From Alphaproteobacteria bacterium (GTDB taxonomy: Bacteria > Pseudomonadota > Alphaproteobacteria > MPNO01 > UBA830): a stretch of 64,000 nucleotides of DNA. The notes below the pieces were generated by a model. The model worked only from the letters and a program-made list of their open reading frames with translations. It was not told the DNA's origin and did no database searches. Position numbers and translations under genes: made by a program. The stretch spans positions 3,762,641-3,826,640 of the forward strand of contig OZ244893.1 in NCBI GenBank assembly GCA_965221485.1. The letters are read 5' to 3'. Positions 11,613 to 20,105 of this stretch are shown piece after piece (the stretch's first letter is position 1; each line of letters begins with the position of its first letter).

Positions 11613-13787
11613 TTACCGATATTCTTCGTTTAGCATACCAAACGCCGTACGATACTCACTGCTTCTGTTGGCACTGTCTCTGCCGTTTACCTTTACTGTA
11701 CCCACAATTTCCTGTGCGTTGTCGCCGAAAATCTCAGCATGAAGGCTTATTGCGAAATTTCTTGTGATGGCAGCCAATGAATTTTCAGTTGAACCTCTTC
11801 CGCCTGACAGGATGTTGCCATCAACGGTTATATCTTTAACGGTGTAATATGCTAAATTATGGTTTCTATTCCAGATATCCAGTTCAGCTGTTCCTTTCGC
11901 AAAGTTGATCGTGGCGTTGGCTCTCCCTTCAATGATAAGGTCTCTCCGACCAGAACGGGAAATATAGGTGTGTTGATTCCCGGTAAAGCTTGCCGTGCCA
12001 ATTCCATCTGCCGCTGTAGGGGGCGCTCCGTCCTTGACCAGGGCAAAAGCCCCACCATCCGTAAAAATCGGTCCGCCGGAGATTGGTGAAATTAATATGC
12101 GGCCCGTAAAACTTCTATTGGCCGATGCCCACACGCCGTAGGAAATATAGTCATACACCTCGTCCGGACCTGTGCCCCAGCGGTTGTGGTGGAATAACTG
12201 GTAATTGTCGTTGAAGGAAACAATGCCCTTGCCAATCTCAGTGGCATCATAGGGCCCCCAATCCGAGGGCGGACTGGTTGCATCTGCCACCAAATTGATT
12301 CTTTCATTCTCAGTCGTGTCTGAATTGTCCGACCCATTGCCACCCAGGTTGATCCGGCCGTCCTCATTGATCAGGATCGCACCGGAGGCCAGGTTCTCAC
12401 CCTCCGCCCCGGTCGCGTTGTCCACCGCACGGCCATTCTCTGACCACGGCTTCGCCGCATCATGGGCGGCCCGGGCGGCCGCAAGCGCCTCCGTCATGCC
12501 GGCCGCATCATCCGTCACAACCTTCAGGGCACCACGGACATCCTCCTGATAGGTCGCAGTCCCCCCGGAATCAGGATCGGTCTGCTGGGCCAGACGTTCC
12601 GCAGCGTGCTGTGCCTCCTCGAGCCGCTCCGACAGGTCCGAGGCGCGCATGTAGTCCCTGGCCCAGGGTATTCTTCGCAGAATATCGGCAAGCGGCGCTT
12701 CCAGACCGTCTGCATCGCTGCGGGACTTGATGGCCGCCATGATATCAGACCAGGCCTGAGCCGTGTTGACGGAAGCCCGCGCCGCGTTATAAGAGTCTGC
12801 CGCCGCTGCAGCGGATATGGCCCCCGGAGAGCCCTCTTCCGTATCACCGGCTGCCTCGGCCGCTGCCGCAGCGTCCTCAGATGCCGTCTTCGCAGCGTCC
12901 CTGGCCGCTTCAGCCGCAGCGGCAGCCGCTGCCGCGTTTTCGGCACGCGTTTTGTAATCCGCATCTCTTGTCGTTGCGGCCGTCACCGCCGCTTGCGCCT
13001 TGGTGACAGCTTCCGTCAGCTGTGCCGTTTGTGAGTCATCCTTGTTGTCAGTCAAGGCCTGTTGGGCTGCAGCCAGAGCCGCCTGGGCAGCAGGCAAAGC
13101 GTCCTCTGCCTCTGCCTCAGCCTCTGTCGCCTTGTCAGCCGCCGTGCCCGCAGCAGTATCCGCTTTCTCGGCCTCGTTCGCAGCGATCCGGCGCTGCACG
13201 CCCTGCTCTTGCGCAGCAAGTCTGGCATTGTCGATCCCGGTCTGGGTCGCCCGGGCTATATCCGCTTGTGTCTTCGCCTCAGTGGCAAATCCGGCAGCCG
13301 CCTTCGCACTCGCGTCCGCGGCCGAGGCCGAGGCCCGCGCAAGGCCCTTCTGGTTCGTAACCTCCGGATCTGAATGGATCACCGCATCGGCTTCCGCCAG
13401 CGCATCATTCGCTGCCACCAGAGCCGCATCAGCCGCCTTTTTGGCATTGTCCGCGATCGTGCTCTGCGCCGCGGCTTCATCCGCATCCAGGGTGCCATAG
13501 ACCGCATGGGTGGTCGCAGCTTTAGCTGCAGCCTCAGCATCCTTTGCCGCCTGATCTGCCTCGCCTGCAGCCGTGGCCGCCTTCCCGGCTGCCTCCGTGG
13601 CAGCTCTGATCGCGGCCAGTCTCTCCTCTTCAGCCTTCTTCGCCTCGTCTACCTTTTGATCCACATAATCCTGATCAAACGGGGTCGTGTCAGGGCCGCC
13701 GCTGCCGCCCCCGCAACCGTAAAGTGCAACGGATCCCGCAACGGCCATCGCCGTCAGCCATACTCTCTGGCGTCCTGTCTTCATCAT
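11613..13787 (-). CDS. Large surface lipoprotein: Ala-rich helical stalk plus C-terminal TbpB/HpuA-like beta-barrel
   Basis: Signal peptide with lipobox ALYG-C followed by GGGSGG; about 400 aa Ala/Glu/Lys-rich helical region; C-terminal YGVW, GTASFTG, INF, EIFGDNAQEIVGT and TAFG barrel motifs; start 13787 or 13784 after GGAG. Confidence 0.75.
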   Translation of the reverse strand: MMKTGRQRVWLTAMAVAGSVALYGCGGGSGGPDTTPFDQDYVDQKVDEAKKAEEERLAAIRAATEAAGKAATAAGEADQAAKDAEAAAKAATTHAVYGTLDADEAAAQSTIADNAKKAADAALVAANDALAEADAVIHSDPEVTNQKGLARASASAADASAKAAAGFATEAKTQADIARATQTGIDNARLAAQEQGVQRRIAANEAEKADTAAGTAADKATEAEAEAEDALPAAQAALAAAQQALTDNKDDSQTAQLTEAVTKAQAAVTAATTRDADYKTRAENAAAAAAAAEAARDAAKTASEDAAAAAEAAGDTEEGSPGAISAAAAADSYNAARASVNTAQAWSDIMAAIKSRSDADGLEAPLADILRRIPWARDYMRASDLSERLEEAQHAAERLAQQTDPDSGGTATYQEDVRGALKVVTDDAAGMTEALAAARAAHDAAKPWSENGRAVDNATGAEGENLASGAILINEDGRINLGGNGSDNSDTTENERINLVADATSPPSDWGPYDATEIGKGIVSFNDNYQLFHHNRWGTGPDEVYDYISYGVWASANRSFTGRILISPISGGPIFTDGGAFALVKDGAPPTAADGIGTASFTGNQHTYISRSGRRDLIIEGRANATINFAKGTAELDIWNRNHNLAYYTVKDITVDGNILSGGRGSTENSLAAITRNFAISLHAEIFGDNAQEIVGTVKVNGRDSANRSSEYRTAFGMLNEEYR

Positions 13788-13892
13788 CGTCTCCATCAGG
13801 ATCGTTCCCGGCCATGAAGAGCCCGGTTGTATGAAGCCAATACTGTTTCTTAGCCCCCTGTACCTGTTACGACAGGTCAAGGAGATGATTGG

Positions 13893-13921
13893 ATTATGTC
13901 GTAGTCAATATCTTGGGTCAA
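13893..13921 (-). promoter_or_regulatory. Candidate sigma70 promoter of the lipoprotein gene
   Basis: Minus strand TTGACC (13916-13921)-N17-CATAAT (13893-13898). Confidence 0.55.
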
Positions 13922-13924
13922 TGT

Positions 13925-14070
13925 TCACTGCGGAGCGGACGCCAACAGGCGTCCTGGGTCTCAACCGACGTCCTTCCATCCTCGAAGGTCTGTCCTTTGT
14001 GGACAGGTCGGGCCAAGGGATGGGGAGCAACCAAGCACCCCCTTGGGCCATGAGCGTTTGGAAGGACCTG
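13925..14070 (+). ncRNA. Putative IS110 bridge-RNA-like structured region
   Basis: Hairpins GGACGCC-aaca-GGCGTCC (13937-13954), CTGTCC-tttgt-GGACAG (13990-14006) and GGCCAAGGG/CCCTTGGGCC (14011-14049); the last two are enclosed by GTCCTTCCA/TGGAAGGAC (13970-14067). Confidence 0.5.
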
Positions 14071-14078
14071 TGTCCCGG

Positions 14079-14315
14079 TTTCTGGCCGAGATGGCCGACT
14101 GGATTGCCGCAACGGCCGCCGCTGACCCACAGGCCACTGGGATCGCCATTGAGATTCCGGACGGTCCTGCCTTCGGGACATCGATGGAACGCGGACACAG
14201 CGACGCTCGCGCGCTGCGAGGCGTCGCTGACCGCCTGCTCCGTGCCGCCTGCGCAATACTCGAAAACCAGACCGACTTCAATCCAAACCACGCCACACAG
14301 ACGTGGGCAGCATGA
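14079..14315 (+). pseudogene. IS110 transposase remnant (N-terminal fragment fused to C-terminal fragment)
   Basis: LAEMADW...IAIEIPDGP...MERG resembles the RuvC-like DEDD N-domain; HSDARALRGVADRLLRAACAILENQTDFNP resembles the IS110 C-terminus; junction near 14190-14195. Confidence 0.7.
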
Positions 14316-14636
14316 CCCGGCAATCCGATCGGCCACACCTGCGAAAGCGCCAAATATTGATTGACAAATAGTGGGAAGTCCCTTCCGCAGTCTTCAAGAG
14401 GTGTTGCGTTCGAGAGTCAGGTCAGAATCCTCAAATTTTCTGTAAATGATACCGAAAAACACTATGCATCACTTCGAACGATATTATCTGAAATCATCGA
14501 TGAGCTCATGCAGCTCGAAAGTGGCTGGGTGCCATGTCTCGGGGAGGACTCTCAATCTCGTAAGCACAAACATTTGATAACACGACATCGGGCCGTGCCA
14601 CGAAACCTGGTTCACACCTGAAGGCTGGAGGCCGCC

Positions 14637-16922
14637 ATGAATTACCGGGAGATCTTCTCTATCGGTCGGCTATGGGTCATTTTCGTGGTCTTTCTGTTCG
14701 TGATGTTCGGTGTGCTGCTTTTGGTCGGGGGGAGGGCGTTTCGGGAAGCTCCACCCGTTCCGACCGCGGTCGTTGTCAACGGCGACAAGCCGGAAGTGAT
14801 GTTCACGAGTGCCGACATACACAGGGGGCGCGACGTATGGCGCCGTCTCGGTGGAATGGAACTGGGCTCGGTCTGGGGTCATGGAAGTTATCTGGCCCCG
14901 GACTGGACGGCCGACGTGTTGCATCGCGAGGCAGAAGCGATCCTGATGGCGAGCGGTGATTTCACGTCCCTGGACCCACCGGAACGGGCAGCACGAATAG
15001 CTGAATTCGCGGCGCGAAACCGGTCCAATACCTACGATCCGGCAACCGGGCGCGTTACTGTTTCCCGAGAGAGAGCGAACGCCTTTGAGAGCCTTCTGAA
15101 ACACTATACTGCCCTGTTTGGCGGGAGCGGAGATAACTCCAAAGCTGAGGCCTTGCGCGAGGCCTTTGCGATACCTGATCAGCCGTTGGGGCCAGAACCG
15201 GACCAGGACATCCGAGCGCTTCTGTGCTGGTGGTGGTGGACGGCCTGGGCGGCATCGACAGTGCGGCCCAACGACACCGTCACCTATACCAGCAATTGGC
15301 CGCATGAGCCCCTCGTAGGCAACAAACCAACCAGTTCGACCTTTGTCTGGACTTTCGTTTCCGTAGTCCTCCTGATTGCAGGCATCGGTGTCCTCTGCTG
15401 GTTTTTCCTTCGCGAACGCGAGGAATGGCGCAACGACACGGAACCGCCCGACGGTTACCCCGCCCAAAATCCGATTCTGGCATCGAGTCCGACGGCTTCT
15501 ATGCGCGGTGTTGTCAAGTACGTCTGGGTTGTGGCGGTCCTGCTCGGCCTTCAGATCGCGCTTGGCGCTGTTACGGCTCATTATGCTGTCGAGGGACATG
15601 ACTTCTATGGCATCCCTCTCTCCGAACATGCGCCTTATGCCCTCACGCGGACGTGGCATGTTCAGCTTGCCGTTCTGTGGATCGTCACCGCCTGGCTGGG
15701 TGCGGGACTGTATCTCGGGCCAGTGATTGCCGGGTTCGAGCCCCGTTTTCAGCGACCCGGTGTGGACGCACTCTGGGCCGCGCTGGTGATTGCTGTCCTT
15801 GGTTCCCTGGCTGGTCAGTGGATGACGATCACAGGGAGGATAACGGACTCGGATCTGGTCTACTGGTTCGGCCATCAGGGTTATGAGTTCCTGGACATGG
15901 GACGGTTCTGGCAAATCCTGATCTTCGCGGGCCTCCTGATCTGGCTGGTCCTGATGGCTCGTTGCGTCGTTCCCGCGATCCGGCGCGCTGACCCGGACAA
16001 GCACTTGCTGATCCTTCTTCTTGTGTCTTCGGTTGGCGTCGGTCTGTTGTTCGGGGCCGGTTTGCTCTACGGACGCGACACCCATCTCACGATTGCCGAA
16101 TACTGGCGATGGTGGGTCGTGCATTTGTGGGTCGAAGGTATTTTTGAAGTATTCGCAACTGCCTGGGTGGCGTGGGTGTTCGTGCATATGAGGTTGCTGA
16201 GAGCGACTGCCGCCGCGATCTATGTCATGTTCTCCGCCATGATCTTTCTTGGCGGCGGCGTGCTGGGCACGTTCCACCATCTTTACTTTGCCGGCACACC
16301 CGAGGCTGTTCTGGCGCTTGGTGCCGTGTTTTCCGCTCTGGAGGTGGTTCCCCTGGCGTTGATTGCCTTCGAAGCTCATGACCACTGGCGCGCAGAGCGG
16401 GCGGCGCCCTGGGTCCGGCGCTACCATATGCCATTGTTGTTCTTCCTCGCCGTAGCGTTCTGGAACCTTGTTGGTGCCGGCGTTCTCGGTTTTCTGATCA
16501 ATCCGCCCCTGTCCCTTTACTATCTGCAAGGACTCCTGACCACCCCCGCACATGGTCATGCTGCGCTGTTCGGTGTCTACGGGATGTTGGGTATCGGTTT
16601 GCTTCTTTTGTGCCGCAGAGACCTTCCCCAGTCGGTTGGTTGGTCCGACAGAATGATCGTCTGGGTGTTCTGGTTGTTTAACGCCGGACTCGCGCTCATG
16701 GTGTTCGCGTCCTTGCTGCCGCAAGGCCTGGTGCAGGCGGTTGTTTCGTTCGATCGGGGGTACTGGTATGCACGTTCACCCGAACTCCTGCATTCGCCGC
16801 TCATGGAGACTCTGGTCTGGCTGCGGGTGCCTGGTGATATCCTTTTCGCAGCCGGCGCTGTGGTTCTCCTGGTCTTTCTCATCCGGCTCGAAATCGGGCG
16901 ACGCTCCGGACTGGCGGACTGA
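14637..16922 (+). CDS. norZ: Quinol-dependent nitric oxide reductase (qNor)
   Basis: GSVWGHGSYLAPDWTAD, SNWPHEPLVGN, WWVVHLWVEGIFEVF, GTFHHLYF, HGHAALFGVYG, LRVPGD; 761 aa single subunit; RBS GGAGG. Confidence 0.95.
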   Translation: MNYREIFSIGRLWVIFVVFLFVMFGVLLLVGGRAFREAPPVPTAVVVNGDKPEVMFTSADIHRGRDVWRRLGGMELGSVWGHGSYLAPDWTADVLHREAEAILMASGDFTSLDPPERAARIAEFAARNRSNTYDPATGRVTVSRERANAFESLLKHYTALFGGSGDNSKAEALREAFAIPDQPLGPEPDQDIRALLCWWWWTAWAASTVRPNDTVTYTSNWPHEPLVGNKPTSSTFVWTFVSVVLLIAGIGVLCWFFLREREEWRNDTEPPDGYPAQNPILASSPTASMRGVVKYVWVVAVLLGLQIALGAVTAHYAVEGHDFYGIPLSEHAPYALTRTWHVQLAVLWIVTAWLGAGLYLGPVIAGFEPRFQRPGVDALWAALVIAVLGSLAGQWMTITGRITDSDLVYWFGHQGYEFLDMGRFWQILIFAGLLIWLVLMARCVVPAIRRADPDKHLLILLLVSSVGVGLLFGAGLLYGRDTHLTIAEYWRWWVVHLWVEGIFEVFATAWVAWVFVHMRLLRATAAAIYVMFSAMIFLGGGVLGTFHHLYFAGTPEAVLALGAVFSALEVVPLALIAFEAHDHWRAERAAPWVRRYHMPLLFFLAVAFWNLVGAGVLGFLINPPLSLYYLQGLLTTPAHGHAALFGVYGMLGIGLLLLCRRDLPQSVGWSDRMIVWVFWLFNAGLALMVFASLLPQGLVQAVVSFDRGYWYARSPELLHSPLMETLVWLRVPGDILFAAGAVVLLVFLIRLEIGRRSGLAD

Positions 16923-16962
16923 CTCGGAGTTCCATGAACCAGGCATTGTCCTCGTCCCGGAT

Positions 16963-16999
16963 GAGCCGGCACTTGTCAGCGCAGCAGACAGGTGCCGGC
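16963..16999. terminator. Stem-loop downstream of norZ
   Basis: GCCGGCACTTGTC-N9-GACAGGTGCCGGC, a 13-bp stem with one G:U pair and no U-tract. Confidence 0.45.
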
Positions 17000-17466
17000 A
17001 GACCGCCGGAATCCAGGAAATCCGGAAGGATCAGGCATCGCAAATCGGTGCGTCGCAAGAGACGATGTTTCCGAGCCGGTTCAGGATCACAGATCTGATG
17101 ACTGGCTCTTCAGGAGCCGTTTTCCGGCCCATCGGGAACCACAGTGTAAATGAAATAACAAGGCTTCTGGTCATGTCAGGCCGCGCGAACTTCGAGCTGA
17201 TCCGTTCCGGGCCGCGCGACCCCTGAAGGGTAGATGCGAGATGCCAGGAACTCCACGGAGTCCGTACGATGTCATCGCGGCATTCGGGATCCTGCGTTCG
17301 TACTGCATGGATCACCCCTCGCTGAAACGGAATATTCGGGCCTGCAACTTCCCGATCGAAATTCTGCCCAACCTCTGATACAAGGCGTCCGGACCTGCCG
17401 CACAGGCAGGGCTGAACCTGCGAACGGGTAAGATCAGGTCGCTGTCCAACCGGATGGGGTACGGGA

Positions 17467-18060
17467 ATGCGCAAGGCAAGCGTTTCGCGAAAAACAAACG
17501 AAACAGATATTGATGTCAGCGTTAATCTGGACGGGACCGGTCGCCATGACGTGGACACCGGAATTGGCTTTCTGGATCATATGCTGGAACAACTTTCGCG
17601 CCATAGCCTGGTCGACCTGACGGTTCGGGCGAAAGGGGATCTTCATATTGATTTCCATCACACCACTGAAGATACCGGTATTGTCATCGGGCAGGCTGTT
17701 CGAGAGGCGCTGGGCGATCGGAGGGGTATCACCCGCTTTGCCAGCGCAGCAATCCCCATGGATGAGGCTCTGAGCCGCGCAGTGATCGACATCTCGGGCC
17801 GACCTTATCTGATATGGAACGTGAGTTTCACCAGGCCCAAGCTTGGCGAAATGGATACCGAGCTGTTCAAGGAATGGTTCCAGGCGTTCGCGCAGAATGC
17901 CGGACTGACGTTGCATGTGGAAAATATCTATGGCGAAAACAATCACCACATTGTCGAGTCCTGTTTCAAGGCGCTGGCGCGATCGCTGCGAGCAGCTGCG
18001 GCAATCGATGCCGTGACTGCCGACAGGATTCCTTCGACCAAAGGCAGGTTGGGGACGTGA
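17467..18060 (+). CDS. hisB: Imidazoleglycerol-phosphate dehydratase
   Basis: [25 protein letters not shown]. Confidence 0.97.
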   Translation: MRKASVSRKTNETDIDVSVNLDGTGRHDVDTGIGFLDHMLEQLSRHSLVDLTVRAKGDLHIDFHHTTEDTGIVIGQAVREALGDRRGITRFASAAIPMDEALSRAVIDISGRPYLIWNVSFTRPKLGEMDTELFKEWFQAFAQNAGLTLHVENIYGENNHHIVESCFKALARSLRAAAAIDAVTADRIPSTKGRLGT

Positions 18061-18124
18061 AGAATGAGGCGTGTCGCGATCGTCGAACTCCCTGGAACGA
18101 ACCGGACTTGCTGACTTAGCAGTC

Positions 18125-18781
18125 ATGGACGTTGTCGTTATCGACTATGGGTCGGGAAATCTCCGGTCCGCAGCGAAGGCACTCGAACGTGTCAGTCGCG
18201 AGAACAGGATAGGAGCCAGGATCATCGTCTCCGAACGGAGCGCCCTGCTTGATCAGGCCGACCGGATCGTGCTTCCCGGAGTTGGAGCCTTCGGGGATTG
18301 TATTGCTGGCCTGCGGGCGTTGCCTGGCATGGTCGAGGCGCTCGAAAACAACGTGCGTCAGCGCGGTAAAGCGTTTCTTGGCATTTGCGTCGGGATGCAG
18401 CTGATGGCAGATCGCGGCATCGAACATGGATTGCACCCTGGGCTCGGATGGATCCCCGGTGAGGTCCGCCCGCTGAGCCCGTCGGGTCAGGGCTTCAAGA
18501 TCCCGCACATGGGCTGGAACGAACTCGAAGTGACCGCAGAAAACCGGCGCCATCCGGTCCTCGCCGATCTTCCCGAGGGTGCGCATGCATACTTCGTTCA
18601 CAGCTTTGGGATGAATTGCGAGACTTCGGAAGACATTCTTGCGACGACTGACCATGGTGGCCGTATCCCGGCCATCGTAGGACGTGAAAACATGGTGGGA
18701 ACCCAGTTCCATCCCGAGAAAAGCCAGGAAACCGGCCTTCGCTTTCTTACAAATTTCCTCAATTGGGATGGTGCGGTTTGA
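18125..18781 (+). CDS. hisH: Imidazole glycerol phosphate synthase glutaminase subunit
   Basis: DYGSGNLRS, GICVGMQ, QFHPEKS; start set at ATG 18125. Confidence 0.96.
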   Translation: MDVVVIDYGSGNLRSAAKALERVSRENRIGARIIVSERSALLDQADRIVLPGVGAFGDCIAGLRALPGMVEALENNVRQRGKAFLGICVGMQLMADRGIEHGLHPGLGWIPGEVRPLSPSGQGFKIPHMGWNELEVTAENRRHPVLADLPEGAHAYFVHSFGMNCETSEDILATTDHGGRIPAIVGRENMVGTQFHPEKSQETGLRFLTNFLNWDGAV

Positions 18782-18805
18782 ACCGGTTGGACGGGAGTGT
18801 GATCA

Positions 18806-19378
18806 ATGGAGGAAGCAACGTCGACCGAAGAGCTGATCGAACTGGACCAGGATGAAGATCTTGAAGACCTGTGCGATGCAGCAGAATCGGCCATTCTCGA
18901 TGGTGGCGGTTTCGGCTGGCTCAGTTCGCCGCCGCGAACAGTCCTCACCCGGTATTTTCGGGGCGTTGTTCTCGTACCCGAGCGCCATCTCTATGTGGGA
19001 CGTCTGAACGGGCGTATCGTGGGCTCTGCGCAACTCCAGGAACCGCCGCGGCACAATGAGGCACAGGCCCATGTTGCCAACCTGACTGCACATTTTGTGG
19101 CTCCCTGGGCGCGGGGTCGCGGCCTTTCCCGCGATCTTGTGAAACTGGTGGAGGCCAACGCTCGCTCGCTCGGCTATCTGATCCTGCAGCTTGACGTTCG
19201 TGCGACCCAGCTGGCGGCCATTCATCTCTATGAAGACCTCGGCTTCAAACGCTGGGGCAGCAACCCGGACTACGCCCTTGTCGATGGACGGATGGTCGAG
19301 GGCCACCATTATTCCAAGCGTCTGCGCCAGGTACCCCGCGCGCGAAGAACAGGCCCGCGCAAACCCGCCGCGTCATGA
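18806..19378 (+). CDS. GNAT family N-acetyltransferase
   Basis: FVAPWARGRGL acetyl-CoA motif, AIHLYEDLGF. Confidence 0.85.
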   Translation: MEEATSTEELIELDQDEDLEDLCDAAESAILDGGGFGWLSSPPRTVLTRYFRGVVLVPERHLYVGRLNGRIVGSAQLQEPPRHNEAQAHVANLTAHFVAPWARGRGLSRDLVKLVEANARSLGYLILQLDVRATQLAAIHLYEDLGFKRWGSNPDYALVDGRMVEGHHYSKRLRQVPRARRTGPRKPAAS

Positions 19379-20103
19379 AGCTGTTTCCCGCTATCGACCT
19401 GAAGGACGGGGTCTGTGTCCGCCTCGTAAGGGGCGAGATGAGCCGCGCCACCATCTTCAATGAGGATCCTGTTGCCCAGGCTCGCACGTTTGAGGAGGCA
19501 GGATTTGACTGGCTTCACATTGTCGATCTTGACGGAGCCATTCAGGGTCGGCGCGTGAATGGCGGGGTGGTAGAGAGAATCGTGAACGCCACAGGGTCGT
19601 CGATCCAGCTTGGTGGCGGCATCCGTGACATGGCAGCCATCGAGGGATGGCTCGAAAGAGGTGTTCAGAGGATCGTTCTGGGAACCGCAGCTGTCAACAA
19701 TCCCGAGCTGGTCAGGGAGGCCTGTGCCCGGTTCGCCGGTCGTATAGCGATCGGACTGGACGCGCGGCAGGGGCGGGTTGCGGTTGAAGGATGGGCCCGA
19801 ACGTCAGACCTGAGCGCTCGCGATCTCGCGCTTCGATTTGAAGACGCGGGAGCCGCAGCAATCATTCATACTGACATAGAACGGGACGGTGCGATGAGCG
19901 GTCCCAATATCAGTGCAACCGTAGCTCTGGCCGAGGTTCTGATGACACCGGTTATCGCTTCGGGAGGCGTAACGACCCTGTCCGACCTGGCGGAATACAA
20001 GCGGCATGAGACAGCTGGCATCATGGGAGTGATTTCGGGGCGCGCGATCTATGATGGCCGGATCGATATGGCAGCCGCTCTCAAGCTGATGCGGGGTGAA
20101 TAG
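19375..20103 (+). CDS. hisA: ProFAR isomerase
   Basis: [26 protein letters not shown]. Confidence 0.97.
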   Translation: MKLFPAIDLKDGVCVRLVRGEMSRATIFNEDPVAQARTFEEAGFDWLHIVDLDGAIQGRRVNGGVVERIVNATGSSIQLGGGIRDMAAIEGWLERGVQRIVLGTAAVNNPELVREACARFAGRIAIGLDARQGRVAVEGWARTSDLSARDLALRFEDAGAAAIIHTDIERDGAMSGPNISATVALAEVLMTPVIASGGVTTLSDLAEYKRHETAGIMGVISGRAIYDGRIDMAAALKLMRGE

Positions 20104-20105
20104 CG

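Larger units (their letters stand above)
13903..14380 (+). mobile_element. Internally deleted (non-autonomous) IS110-family element
   Basis: Fused N- and C-terminal IS110 transposase fragments, structured non-coding left end, right end TTGACAAATAGTGGGAAGTC, and AGTC at both boundaries (13903-13906, 14377-14380). Confidence 0.7.

Noticed and set aside
10869..12330. Diversity-generating retroelement or silent cassette for the lipoprotein head
   Set aside because: No template repeat, reverse transcriptase or duplicate head sequence is visible in the window.
14361..14389. Outward TTGACA of the IS relic as a promoter for norZ
   Set aside because: No TAnnnT -10 element at 16-18 nt spacing in the flanking DNA.
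14381..14636. FNR/NnrR, NsrR or sigma54 site upstream of norZ
   Set aside because: Only half-sites were found (TTGAT at about 14574 without ATCAA; TGGCAC on the wrong strand without TTGC).
14670..16724. Long antisense ORFs (also 2051-3163, 26251-27348, 28626-29780, 33046-34329, 45852-47390, 55896-57161, 62363-63820)
   Set aside because: These are shadow frames opposite well-supported genes in high-GC DNA, with no recognisable motifs.
14637..16922. Possible NO dismutase (Nod)
   Set aside because: The His-His Fe ligands (GTFHHLYF), the HLWVE..FE glutamates and the quinol-site residues are canonical qNor; the Nod-type substitutions are absent.
18806..19378. GNAT inside the his operon as a novelty
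   Set aside because: Insertions of this kind between hisH and hisA are, to my knowledge, common in alphaproteobacteria.
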